Under the pieces are notes generated by a model, which searched no databases, was not told the DNA's origin, and worked only from the letters and a program-made list of their open reading frames with translations. The position numbers were made by a program, and so were the translations under genes. This document shows positions 37,471 to 51,200 of a stretch of 64,000 nucleotides of DNA, piece after piece. This DNA comes from Blasia pusilla. Its lineage: Eukaryota. Location: assembly GCA_050084515.1 (NCBI GenBank), contig CM114271.1, positions 3,720,001-3,784,000 on the forward strand. The letters run 5' to 3'. The stretch's first letter is position 1. Every line of letters begins with the position of its first letter.

Positions 37471-40029
37471 TCAGGTCGCGATTGGTGAAGGAGAGGGTGG
37501 CATAGGTAGACCTCCGATTGGTAAACTACGTCTCACGGTCTCGTCGTTACTGAGAGGCTCCGCGACGTCGACGTGGGTCTTCAAGCTTTCGAAGGCGTTG
37601 ACCAGACTGCGCACTCTTCCCCCGACGATGTTTTTCGGAAGACTGCTCACTACCAACATATGATCTGTCATGTACTCTTCCGACAGTCGCCTCTCTGCAG
37701 TATCGCCCTTCTTCAACTCCACAGTCTCATTCGTGTTCACCGTCTCCAGCCATGTGGTCTGCCCTCGCTTTCCGAACTTCAGAGAGATCTCTTTCCCCAC
37801 TTCGTTCTCCTTCTCCTGCGCGCTCGCAGGTCTGTCGAGCTTCACGGGAGGACCTGCGATCGGGGGGTCCCTGGAGTCCGACTGGTGCGGGTTCTTGGAT
37901 GCGAGAGTCAAGGGGAAGCCAGGATCCACGTGCTTTTCTGCAGAGCTTTCTGGAATGGGCACGGTCATGTGCTGAGCAAGAGCAGAGACCGAGTTGCTGG
38001 GAGAGACGGGCGTCGTTGAGCTCCTGCCCTTGCCTCTGAGGTCGTTTTGGGTCGCGGGCGCTTTGCTGCCAGTTTTTCGAGCTATGGGACTGTCTCTCAG
38101 CTCAACGATGAATTTCTTCGCAGTCTTCACGGCTCCTTGTTCAGGCTTTGAGTAGCTGTATGGTGCAGGTGCGGCCGTGACTGTGGAGGAGTTCCACGAA
38201 GGCCTCGCCAAGAGCTTGGAGTCGGGCCTGGATCCGGCGGCCGCATTCGGGCTGTCCTTCAATTTGGACAAGGATTTCTTCGCTAGACTCGAAGTCACTG
38301 ATGGAGGAGTCGCGGAGGTGACTGAAATGTTTGGGGTGGGACTCCGTGATGACTTGGAGCTGGCGGATCCCTTGGTCGATTGCGAAACACGAACAGACGA
38401 GAATGTGGAGGAAAGTCTCGTGAGCTTGGACGCGACCGCTTCGGTGCTCTTGCGGCGTCCCTCTCTGTGCACTTCCTTGTCGATGCTGTTGACGACGGAA
38501 GATGTTGATTCAAAAGGAGACACCGAAGAACTGGTGACACAAGTTGATTCAGGTGAATGCTGCTGTTGTTCCGGTTGTTGCCACATTTCTTTGGAGGTGG
38601 CGGTGCGATTGGAACCAACCGAAACAGCAGGTGAATCTTCTACCCCATTTCCTTCGGCAGCGACCCGGGATGAGTTTCCCCTCTCCTCAGTCAAACATGA
38701 AACAGTGGGACTCCCATTCTCAAAACTGCTGCTGGAGGTAATGCAGTGCACATTGGGATCGTCTTCGGAGGTGATTGAGCTTCTCCTCCGGTCGACTGTG
38801 GTTACCTGGGAGGAGCAGGAACTTCTCCTCGGCTTCCGTTGCCGATCTTCCAAGATCGAGGATTCCGTAGTGCTCCGACGAGAGCATTGCAAGCGATCAC
38901 CCTTGCGGCCAGATTTGGCAGCTCCTGAAGGACTGACGAATTTGTTCTGCTCTGGTCTCTCTCCCCCTTTCTTCTCGATCGCAACAGATCCGCTCCAAGC
39001 GTCCTGCTTCTTATCAATTGCGACAGATCCATTCCAAGATCTGTGCTTACTTCCACTTGAGGTGCTCTTCCTCCGTTGGGGTGCCGCTCCCGCCGAACTG
39101 CTGAGAGACTGGAGTACATGACTCCTATCGTGATCACAAGAGTTGCTCTTTACTTTCTCACGCACTCCTCCATAAGCGTGTTTTCTCGCGACAAGGTACT
39201 GCTTCGGAGGGAGGGGAGCCTTCATCGCGTAATCGGGATTGTTTGCAGCGCACCGTGCATGATTGCAAGCATGATGGTGTCCATATAGACGTTCCACGAT
39301 TTCCATTCTCGAACATGGGGATCTCCATTTCCTCGGACGATTACTTTCAGAACTCTGGTCGCCATCAGAATTACGACCATCGCTGAGTGACGATGTTCCA
39401 CACTTCTTCCCGTCCGAACAGGAGCCACCTTCCACCATTCGACTAACCGTCCTTCCGTTCCGAGATTCACCATTTACTGATTTTTCAGGTATCCTGCCAT
39501 CCACATGAAACCCGTTTTCGGTCCTTTCCTTGCTCATCCGAAGACTGGTCTGGGACAGCTTCTCAGATATCTTGCCTACAAAGCCTGTGCTTCCTCTGGG
39601 CGTCGCTTCCATTCGCGGTCCTTTGCGAATCGACTTCTCCAATGTCTTGTCGTCCAGATGAAACCAGGGATCAGTCATTCCTTCGGCCATCTTTCCATAA
39701 CGGGGTCCGCTCTGGATCGACATCTCGCATTTCTTGAGATCAGAAAAGCGTTCACCCTCATCCCTCTTCTCGACGGCCGATCGATCGTGAGGTTCACTAC
39801 CGCCAGACTTTTCGGGGATTCTGATATCCTCGAAGCTCATATCGTCTGCTTTATCCTCGATGATTAATCCGTCACGAAGTCCACAACCGAAAGACTGGCG
39901 GGAAGCTTTACCAGCGATTGCGGTCTTGTCGCTGAGAAGCTCGTTTCGAGGTCCGCCATTGACCGACTTCTCGGACCTTTTGCACTCGTCCAAACAGGCG
40001 CCAGCCTCCGCCATCACTCTGATCGTCAT
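37471..40029 (-). CDS. 852-aa Ser-rich, largely disordered protein with a C-terminal plant calmodulin-binding-like domain
   Basis: Long uninterrupted ORF. The C-terminal LKF..VELKK..SEEYMTDHML..RVRSLVNAFESL resembles the plant CaM-binding domain (KV+xLVxAFE). A likely 5'UTR intron acceptor (TTTACAG) lies near 40178. Confidence 0.8.
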   Translation of the reverse strand: MTIRVMAEAGACLDECKRSEKSVNGGPRNELLSDKTAIAGKASRQSFGCGLRDGLIIEDKADDMSFEDIRIPEKSGGSEPHDRSAVEKRDEGERFSDLKKCEMSIQSGPRYGKMAEGMTDPWFHLDDKTLEKSIRKGPRMEATPRGSTGFVGKISEKLSQTSLRMSKERTENGFHVDGRIPEKSVNGESRNGRTVSRMVEGGSCSDGKKCGTSSLSDGRNSDGDQSSESNRPRKWRSPCSRMEIVERLYGHHHACNHARCAANNPDYAMKAPLPPKQYLVARKHAYGGVREKVKSNSCDHDRSHVLQSLSSSAGAAPQRRKSTSSGSKHRSWNGSVAIDKKQDAWSGSVAIEKKGGERPEQNKFVSPSGAAKSGRKGDRLQCSRRSTTESSILEDRQRKPRRSSCSSQVTTVDRRRSSITSEDDPNVHCITSSSSFENGSPTVSCLTEERGNSSRVAAEGNGVEDSPAVSVGSNRTATSKEMWQQPEQQQHSPESTCVTSSSVSPFESTSSVVNSIDKEVHREGRRKSTEAVASKLTRLSSTFSSVRVSQSTKGSASSKSSRSPTPNISVTSATPPSVTSSLAKKSLSKLKDSPNAAAGSRPDSKLLARPSWNSSTVTAAPAPYSYSKPEQGAVKTAKKFIVELRDSPIARKTGSKAPATQNDLRGKGRSSTTPVSPSNSVSALAQHMTVPIPESSAEKHVDPGFPLTLASKNPHQSDSRDPPIAGPPVKLDRPASAQEKENEVGKEISLKFGKRGQTTWLETVNTNETVELKKGDTAERRLSEEYMTDHMLVVSSLPKNIVGGRVRSLVNAFESLKTHVDVAEPLSNDETVRRSLPIGGLPMPPSPSPIAT

Positions 40030-43000
40030 GTCAGCTAAGCAGCCGCACGTCGAATCAAAGCTTCTGCTTCATCGGTGGACCTGTCCTTCTTGGGGCTGTA
40101 GGTAGCTCTTGATCCGATCGAGCACTCCTAACTTGAGTCACCTACACACTCGATTCCGCTCCTGCATTCAATCCAACCTGTAAAAATCAACCAGTGCTAG
40201 ATCACTTCTCCGGCCATAAACAACTACTTTCTGTCGTTCACGTGCACTCAGGTCAATTGCGATCGATCCACTTCCTTACACATTTAGCATCACATCGAAG
40301 ATCACCTTGAGCCCAGTAAGCTTCCGATTCGCTGCCGGTCAACACACTTCTTCTAAGAAGACACCGAGTGACTGAATCTCGGACCGAACGCTCACCGTAT
40401 CAAGCTGGCGTTCGTGAGCGGCGACTTGTGACAGTGAGAGACAGGAATGCACGACTTCGCACATCTGAACTTCAAACGACAGCGAACGAGTAATTGGACT
40501 AATCCCAACGGGGAACCAGAAAAAATCTTCCAGACGCCAAATCTATCGGCAGAAGAATCAGCACGCGAATTGCGCAAATTAAATGATGGACACCTGTTCT
40601 TGCGAACAAGCTTCTGATGATCACAACCACCGGTCACGAAGTCCGCTCTTTGAGTGCAGGACTGCGGAAATGAGGTCCAGCGACAGGCATTGCACATTCC
40701 ACCAATTAGACGATCCATAGCCCGACCTACGTGTGTGCTTAGGACCGTGGAGCGGGGCGCATTGACTTCATTCCCAACTCGCGGACTAAAAACATGAGCG
40801 CGCGGAACGACACGAATAAGCGATAAAAGAATTGAATCCCCATCAACGACTCACCTGCTCGAGAATTGCAGACGCTGCTCGAATCGACCCTCGCCAATTG
40901 AAGTGCACTCTCAGGTCCAAGCGAGTCGAGCAACACCCTCTCACTCCCTTATCCGCCTCTTCTGCCGCGACCGGCCCAAGCTTGAACTGACAGCGACTTA
41001 CTACTCCACCAAATGTCAGATCACTGCGAGAGCAAGCTCCCTCCCTCGCTCATGTGACGGATATCAACTGGAAAGATCAGTCAGACGCTGCTGCGTCCCA
41101 CAGGGAACTGCTGGAACGCGACGCAACAAAACGTGTTATCTCTCAAGGCAAATCTACAAATTCGTGCTTCCGAGAAACAAACCAGTACTCCAGTCTCGCA
41201 AAGAAAATCAACGCACTGCACTCTTCCAAGAACGACTACCTAGATTGACCGTAAACCCGACAAGAAGTCGGGTCCTGACGAGCGATTGAATGATAATGTA
41301 CAGACGACCGCACAAGGTGTTCCACCAGGTGCACGCCAAGAAGAGAAGACAAAACTCAACAAAATCCCCGACACTCACCCCTTCGCTACCTCCCTCCCGC
41401 TACCTCTACTCTCGCGTGTCCGTGTCCCTCTCTGTCTGTCACACTGTCTACTATTTATTCCCTCCATGTCTCCACCCGCAACCACACACCGTCGCATTCA
41501 AGTCGACGATTCTCGCTCCGCTCAAACCTATTTATTTACTTCGATTTTCGGATCTGCGCTTATGCTCACCTGCTCCGGTGACTGAGCCCAAACGCTGCGT
41601 TGCTCGAGCACCTCGAATTCACGCCAAAGACGCCATTTTCATGTCCAGGAGACGCAGGATGCCTGCGTTGGCTCCAGCCTCCAGGAAAGCACGGGCTGGC
41701 TGGCTGGCCCCGCGTAGGCTCCTGCCCCCAGACGCCCGGCGGCAGCACGGGCCGGCCCGGACCTTCAGCCGCCCCGGCGCGCGCGCCTGCGTGCGTGCGT
41801 GCGTGCGTGCGATCGAGCGTGCGTACGTACGTACCTACGCTCCTTCTGAACTTCTGTTTTTTTTCGCTACTCAGGACTCAGGAGTACTCAGAACTACTCA
41901 CTCCGTCAACCAAACTACATGTTTCTTCCGTCTCCGTTTCTTTTTCCTGTCCGATCTTCTCGGGCTAATTACACTCCAACTCTCCCTCCGAGACTCCAAC
42001 TTCGATCCACCGCTAAAAAAAGCGGCGGCTACAACCTCGCACCTCGAAGTACGTACTTTCGATGTACGACTTACTTTGGAGCAAATATTGCCCTCGATTC
42101 GCCTTTGTTTGAATATGAAGCAGATTTGGAAGCAAGATATTCGAACCCGTTATCCGATGGAAATATATTCAACCGGTATGTTCACTCAAAGTCAAGTCTT
42201 TAAAGGAGGGGGGCGCTGAGCCGCTGATATTGTCTTAAGGCGGGGGCCGATGAGCCGCTGATATTCAAAGATAGGAGTGTTCTAGGCCAAAGTTTTAAAA
42301 TTCTAGTTTAGCTAAACCCTCCTCTCCCTTCCTCATTTATTTGTCTTCTCTTAATTTACTTTCAAAACCAAAAGAATCCTTAGCACGATTTTTCCTAATT
42401 CCATTCTCTTTAATTATATAGGTTTGCCTACTTTCATGAATCATATAAACTAGCGAAAGTTAAACTTTTTACGTAAGTCGGGGTTTGCGAGAAGCATTTT
42501 TCATTTTGTGCCTCCATATATTATGGGGCATGGACGTTCTCGCATCCCCATCAATATATACCATAGATGGAGGTGTGAGATGGTGGGATGGTCTCACAAG
42601 GCCCTACAATAAATCTTATTTTATAGCCTTTTTAAAGTCATGTGTATGGACTAGAGAGTTTTTTTATTTGTTCGGACTAGTATATAGTCACGTATAGTAG
42701 TGTGATTATTAAATAGTATACAAAATTTAATTATCATGCATGGCTTTGGCACTCCAAAATGACCCTCCTCAACCAAGACCCATGCTTTTTTTTTATGAAA
42801 CTACTTATCTCCCTAGTTGGATAAACACATGTACTATATTTTCTCAAAGTCAGCAATTTTTTTAAGAGGATAAAAATGGATAAATTAGTTTCCAAAAAAA
42901 TTAGAAAGTTTCAAGTAAGGATCGGAAATTCGTGATTTGAATGACCGACCATACTTAGGGCGAGATCCCAAGGATGGCTGCTCAAGTAAGGCCGACCTCG

Positions 43001-45649
43001 TCCGACTAGGAAGGTCGCCAAGACGCTGGACATTTTTCGCGCTTACAAATTTGGACTCGAAAATTTTGAAAATCTTCTCGCGATAGTTAACGACCTTACG
43101 ATTAAAGGTGCCCATGAGATCTAGCTCCTAAGAACCTCTGGGATTCTTCTTGGACTTGAGATTCCTGAGACCCTTATAAACCATCTCCATAGTAAGGATC
43201 ATTTTGGATTTAAAAAACACTTGAATGTTTTGATCATAAAAAATTATGAAAAAAAATTTCAAATCATTCAAATAGTAAATGTTCCTTCCCCCGGACTATT
43301 AGGTTTTGAAATCATCAATACATATTAATAAAAAAATATTCTATCATTACTCTTATTTTTCAAATTTAAATATTCCTTTCATATACTACCCGCCGCCGTC
43401 GACCTCATACGCCGTCGTCGTCCTGATACGAGGTCTCTCGAAGCTGCCCGGATTCTTAATAGCTAATGCAGTATTATTATTACTTTTATACCTTCTCCAA
43501 TTTTATTTAACTATAATGAATAATTCTAATTCTAAATTCCATTATGTCCGTCTTAGGATTGCCGGCTGGACGTAACTGCCCTTACAGTTCCTGTCACCTT
43601 TTGGATATATAGGAGGGCCGCGATGGACGGACGCTGTGCCTTGAACATGCTCATGTACAGTTGTCCGAAGGCCCCGTGTCAGGTTGGTAGAGGCTGGCAA
43701 GAGAAAGCGGCAACGGAGACAAGGACGGAGCCACAGCACAGGTATGTAGAGGACGCGTGTCACGAAATTATCCATCATAAGAATATATATATCGTTGAGA
43801 AAATTTTATTGCTAATTTTAATTGTTGACTTTTTTTTTCCCCTGTTTGTTAAGTTACTAAGCTACTCTCGTCTCCCTCTTCCATATAGTGTTTTCTAGTT
43901 AAATATTCTCTTGTTATTTATTTTTCTTTCTATTAGGGCCATTGATTGCCGGAGTTGGGAGGACCCCGCGAGTCGTGGCTACGGCCAATGCCCGTTTGAA
44001 GAAACGGGTACCTACACACGGCTCCCGTTTCTGGGAACGGCAATCTTTAGGGACGTCCGAAAGAAATTTTTGTCCTCTTTCGGACGATAACAATTTTTAA
44101 ATTATTGTTTATAAAAAATTTATTATTATTATTCAATAAAGTCCATTCGTGTGGACTACACAGGAATTTCCTCCGTCCCCGTATTTGTTCCTCTTCGGGA
44201 GGAAATGAGTGGCCCTATTGTCCCTCGTGGTTTTGAGTTTTATATCCCATTCACTACCCGGATAGAACCGGCATTCTTTGTAAAAGGTGCCGGTTCCCAA
44301 AGGTGTTTTACCGATTTGAAACTTATATTCACGGAAGGATCATCGGCCATGAAAGTTAGAGTATAGGAAATCATCCGCCAATAGTCTTGACGATTGAGAG
44401 TAGAAGTAGTCAGAAATTTTAGAGGGTTATCAGGAATAGTAGGGGTTGTAATGGGAGTTAACAGAGGTTAGTGAGGAGTTAATAGAGGTTAGTAAGGTTT
44501 TAATAGAGCTTTCACGTTAATTTTGTGAGTGAACACATGAAAAACTAACGCGGAGGCCTATTATCCGCTGGACAAAACTTCTGTCCACCCAAAGAAAACG
44601 GGAGACAACAAAGCCTTGTAGGAACGGGAGTGGATCAAATTTTTAAAAAGTGTGTTACCATGTACATATCCAGTGAAAAATGGACAGAATAAAATAAATT
44701 GTCCGAGCCTTGATCCCATTATGTTTGGAGGTTAAGAGAACACGAATAGAATCGTAGTTACATGGCGAGAGGAAGGCATGGAATAACAGGCTAGTATATT
44801 CTATTCCGTATTAATGAGAGTATTAACACTAACACGATGGACTCTAACATCGTGGGAGTAATTGGGAAAGTTTGTATCCATCGAATCGTTAAAAAATTCA
44901 TATCCGAGGGGTTGAGAACCCTACAAAATAGCTTCTATTCTCCAAGCTATGCACTCAAAGTCGAATGTTGTAGGGGCCGTAACCAATGTGTGGTCCTTTG
45001 AGAGGGGTGTCAAAGAAAGTTATTAATATATACATGTAGAGGACACGTGGATAGTCTAGATGGCCAAAAAAAAGACCAACAAGAATCCATAGGGGCCGTA
45101 AATATTTTTGACATAAATCTATTGGCACGTGGCACATAGAAGAGCAACCACAAAAAATTGCATCCTCCAATCAGTATATAGTTTTTCATAGGACGCAAAA
45201 TGAACGAATATGAACAAATCTGCGTAGTGGGTAAGAATGCATTGGATACATGCTTCCCATTCTTTCCCTTTTTCTCACTCGGTTTGATTGGTTTAGGGCA
45301 CAGTATGGAGTGTGGGTTGAGAGGAACATACACTTACTTCCATAGTAGTTCATTTTGTCATCCACCCTAGAGAAATTTGATCATTATTCATGTTTTGTAG
45401 ATGAGATTCTCGATAGTGATTGAATTTTAAACTATATAAATTATCTCATGTCTATTAGAATGAGAATGACAACAATGAAAATATCTTAAACTTTTTAATA
45501 TTTTTAAGTGAGGATGGGTTTAGAGAAACCCTCCTACGGTGTTGACACCTGTCTTTTTTAACCTATTTTGCTATTGACACGTATCAATTTTGAGGAATAG
45601 TTAAATTAAGAGGACCAAGGACCTAAGGGATGCAAACAAAATTTCCCAT

Positions 45650-45852
45650 CACCCATGCATAGCACGATATATATAAAATGGGAGAGTGCCTTCTTGATTT
45701 GTAAACACCTCTTTGCTTGACACGTGGCAATTGGGCAACAAGAAAAAAAATTGAAATTTTGTGTAGCATCATTAATCTCTTCCCTTCACGGGTTATACAC
45801 TAGCTCTTCAAACATTTTTTTATTTCTCGTGCATCACATGGGCTTTTACTTA
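45650..45852 (+). mobile_element. Helitron copy of the 2657 family
   Basis: ATGGGAGAGTGCCTTCTTGATTTGTAAACACCTC...CTCGTGCATCACATGGG closely matches 2880-3044; followed by (TA)n. Confidence 0.75.

Positions 45853-45859
<7 letters not shown>

Positions 45860-45898
<39 letters not shown>
45860..45898. repeat. (TA)n microsatellite
   Basis: Direct reading. Confidence 0.95.
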
Positions 45899-45905
<7 letters not shown>

Positions 45906-46685
45906 AGTCATTACTTTCAAAACAAAATATTTCGATAATAAATTTAATCATATGATATTTTTATGTTTTGGAGGTGTAAGAATCTTCATGGTTCACACAA
46001 TCATGATTACAAGTGTCTCACAATATACACTCATAAATGGTTGATAAATGGCTCCACTCATAAAAAACAATGAAAAAGAAAAAGATCTATAAGTTTCATG
46101 ATAATCAATTTTCCACCACTCTACCAATTTTGTGCTACTTTTTCTTAAGCATGTATGATGATCTTGATGATAATAAATATTTTTTACCCATTTTCAAATC
46201 CCATTACTCTAAAAAGACCAAAATTTGAGTAGGGTAAAGAAAATAAAAGGAATTTTCTTGGATTTGTTTAAAGTATTCAGTGTCTTGTACATATACATCG
46301 CTACAAGATCTACATTGTTGCTCCCATCCTTATGAAAAACACCATTGATATTCCCTACATATGGGAAGATTCATACACACAAAAGTACACCAAGACGTCT
46401 TAACTGAAATCCAGTAAAAAAAAATAGCACCCATGACCATTTACACTCTTAACAATATACATAATTGTCAAACCACATCAATCTATGAGGGAATGAATCT
46501 AGAATCTTGCACTCTATCTCCTCCCAAACCTTAGACGAGAAAGTATTGCCAAGACTTAACATGATAAATATTGCTCTTCAAAGGTATCTCCTCTCCCCAT
46601 ATATCCCCGTTAAGAGCCAAAAGAGCCCTCCATTCAAATAAAGCCCAAATTAGTAACCAAGATACACATGTTACTAGGTGACCAT

Positions 46686-47413
<728 letters not shown>

Positions 47414-48059
47414 CCATCAACTCAATCAACAGGTTTCCAAATCCAAAATAGAAAAGTATGGACATCTTCAAAAAAATTGATCCCAATATACTCGATGCCT
47501 AAGTAAACTCATCTAACTACTTAAGAAAAACTTATAGCAAAAAATTTTACTAACTCCATCCAGTGTCGACACAAAGAGAACTCTAATGATCAACTAACCA
47601 TGATGTTACACTTTATCGCGTGCATACAAATGGTTACACAATCTAGCTACACTGTTTTTCACATCTACATAAAAAAACATCAATCTTCCTAACTCAAGGG
47701 AATATTCATAAACACACAAAAATATACTTACATATATGCATGTATATAAATATTTCAAAGGCTTAGGTTTGGGGCAATAGGATCGATATCTAAAATCCTT
47801 TGCACATGCCTTCAAGGCATAAAATTGTTAAGGCTGCAAAGAGTTAGAAAATTCAAGTGTTCACTATAGAAGTGAGTTAGTAGTAAGGGGTTTCTTGCAA
47901 TATATTGTTATTGATTTGGCAATTGTGGATCCAGAAGTCCAATCATTTAAGCTTATGACCATAAATGAATGGAAAGATAAGAACCTTTTTTTAATTTCTA
48001 GGTTATGGTAAGTTGGATTCTATCTCTACAATAAAAGTTGCGTAATTTTCTTGTGTTGG

Positions 48060-48260
48060 AAGATGTTGCAAGGGTTCAATTTATTGGTAACTTAGTACGA
48101 CTATATGTGAGAGAGCTTTTTCAATCCATAATATAATGGAGAGTAAGTTCGGTAATAGACTTGGCACTAAACACTTATATTTTGTTATGGGGATTGGTTC
48201 AAAAGTAAATATATTTGATTATGAGGACTTGATAGTTGAATCTATTGTGATTTGGGAAAA
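48060..48260 (+). pseudogene. hAT-type transposase C-terminal dimerisation domain relic
   Basis: From 48094 reads STTICERAFSIHNIMESKFGNRLGTKHLYFVMGI (CERxFS...NRL pattern). Confidence 0.6.
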
Positions 48261-51200
48261 CTCTCCAAAATTTGAGGTATATTTATGCTAATCTTGAGAA
48301 ATATGTGGATTCTCAACCAAAGTTTGTTTATAAGGATGCTCGCAATATTAAAAAAAATTCTTCCTATGAGAATCCTATCCCTCCCAAATGCTTGAAGCTC
48401 TAAGAAGAGAGCTCCAAACTAGGTTACAATACATTGAAGTCATTTTCTCATAGCTTCAAATATTTTGGAAGGGTAGGATTCTTGGTTTCCATCTAGTGGG
48501 AGGCTTGGCCATGTTCAAATTCTTGCCAAAGATATTCCAATACTTCACAGGTTAAGTGAGAAATATTTCCGGCACTTTGTGGTGATTTAAAAAAAAAAAC
48601 TATGAAGAAGAAGAAGAAGAAGTTTAGAAGAAGTATCTAGACTTGGAAGAAACAAAAATAGAACCTATCCTATCCTTTTGACCATTATCATAAGATTTAT
48701 CTAAAGATTGGACACTTCCCTGGCTCAGGGAATATTTTTCTAGAAATTGCCTAAATGGTTAGTGAAAACCACGGAAATGCAATGAGTTTTAGAGGTATCC
48801 TGAAACCTATTGAGTAAATTACTACATGGCAAAAGAAACATGTTGATAGCAAGTTAACAAGTTAATATGGTCGAGTTGGTCTAAGAGGCGCCATATGAAG
48901 GTTCTGGTCTGAAAGGGTGTGGGTTCAGATACCACTGTCAACACCTTGAATTTATTTTTTCTCCCACCTTTTAAAAATTCCGGATGGGTTTTCCATTATC
49001 CGCTTTTTCTCGAGTCCTCTCTTATTCCAAAAGAAACTCCCCATTCCCTGAGCTCTAAATGGATTCAAGACCGACCTTCCTTCAAAATTTACGGGCGTCT
49101 CTTGTAAAATATCCATTTCTTGCTGGCATGAGAAAAAAATCCCAAGACCTTGGCATCACTCTGGTTATGGCCCCTACTACTAGGCACTTATCATTTCTTC
49201 GCTTTCTCCTTATGTCACATAGACTTTTGGTGCAGGCTTGGGGGAGTGAATTCGGAGTGTAGAGACAGCATAAGAGTGAAAATTCTTTTGCAAATGATTT
49301 TCAACCGTGGATGGATTCTCCTTTGAATCAAAGATATGAATCTAATAAAAAACAAATTCACTCTTCCATATTAATTAATTCCTCTATCATGTTACTCCCG
49401 TGGTTCTCTTTTCCTTTTTATTTCTTATATCTCCGAACCCAAAATCTGAGCAGCGGTGAGCTTAATTGTGATGAATGAGAGGGGACCACATTACGTTTGT
49501 CAACAAAATTAAATTACGGAACTGAATAAGCCTCAAACTCCGAAAAAAATTAAAAAATGTAAAAAAAATTAAAAATTCATCGCATAAAAAAAAGAGGGGC
49601 ATAAAGAGCCAACAAATAAACCTCAAGAAAAAAAATGCACTTCGATAAAAACGAGTATGAAAAACTCATCGGAAGTACAAAAGAATCCAACTCTTTTGTA
49701 CTTTTGAAGGTCACAACAAGACCAGAAAAGGAAGAAGGGGCATTCAAAAGGCCGTAAGGCAAGACTCCATAGTGTTCTCGTAGCACAGCGTGTTAAGTTC
49801 GCCTGCCACAAGAAATAAATTCGTGGAAGTTTTAAATTTTCAAAAGTCCGACAGAGAGAATTGGGCCATAAATGATCGCGCGGTATTGGGTACCATACCA
49901 TCAGCACCACCCGCTAACAACTCTCCGGACGACTCCGGATACCGGAACCCTAAACCGCCACATCAAATCGCACAGGCTGCCCCTCACACAAAGGAAAGTA
50001 GAGCTCGGCGGGCAGTGCACTGCACTGTGCGCAGCTGATATATATCCTCCTGTCAGCGCATCGCGGATCCCGTGAGAGAGGAGGATGCAGCCGGTCAATC
50101 TGCCCCTAAACGCATGAGCCGCTGCCCTAAATGAAGAGCCTTTCTGATGACCGGTGCCCGTTCGCTGCTGCCCAGTCCCGGACTCCCGGGTGGCACTAGA
50201 ACCATGTGACACATGGTTCTAACTGGCTCCGGAGCGTTCCCCGTGGCTGCTGTCCATCAACGTTCGCGTACGTGCATTCATGTCGCTACACGTGGTCTCT
50301 TTAGCTGCAAAGTGCAAACTGAAGCTTGTAGCTCAAGCGGACGGACGGACGGACGGACTTCTTCAGCGTATGAGAAGTTGAGAAGTACTCTAAACGCAAG
50401 TACGATACGTAGAGAAGGTATGCTTTAGTATGGGAACTCGGGAATCCCGCAGACCCGCGATATATTCGACGGCTGTCTTTATGGCGTACGTAAGGAACGG
50501 TCGCTAGTATTTTGGAACGCAACCCGTCCGCCGTCGTCGTAATATCAAGGGTCGGGTGGGGAAAATGAACAGAGTCTAGACGCTCTGGAAACCCGGAAGG
50601 TGGAAGAGTCCGAGTTTGGCTGCTCCGTCAGTTTGACGCGAATCTAGCGACAATCGAAAAGGGCATAGCAGACAGAAACGGAAAGACTATTCAGAAACAC
50701 ATCCGTTAATGATGATCCTGTTTACGATCCTGTTTAGGTTCGGTTTACTTAAGTGGGAGAGGGAACTATAGATTTGACGCAATTAATGGCGAGCATCATT
50801 CTTCTATTGTAAGAGAACCCGATCACGTGATGATCCAGAGATCTTGTGGATCCATTTAGCCTAAACTTTGCCGGAAAATCTCTCTAGAACGTGATTAATA
50901 GTGTTTATATAGATTAGTGTGATGTGATGGTTACTCGGGTCTATAACTTTCTTACGAGTCAATATAATAACATTATAATTTTTTTGGGAAAATGTCATAT
51001 GTTCATCTCACGACGGAATTTAATTAAATACGGTAGAAAAACGGTCAACAAGGGAACTCGCATTTAAGTTTAGAATTAGTTAGTCATTTTTTCAAATCAC
51101 GATGAAGAAATAATCGAATAAATGTATGGTTTTTGAAAGATTTATATTTTATTCATAGGAAGTTTTATAATATTAAAATTTAAACTTATGTTTTGTTTAG

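Noticed and set aside
38177-39121. 314-aa plus-strand ORF
   Set aside because: Antisense shadow of the Ser-rich 852-aa CDS; no recognisable motifs.
41290-42219. 309-aa plus-strand ORF
   Set aside because: Crosses the GC-rich likely promoter and (GCGT)n repeat upstream of the minus-strand gene; the translation is low-complexity with no domain.
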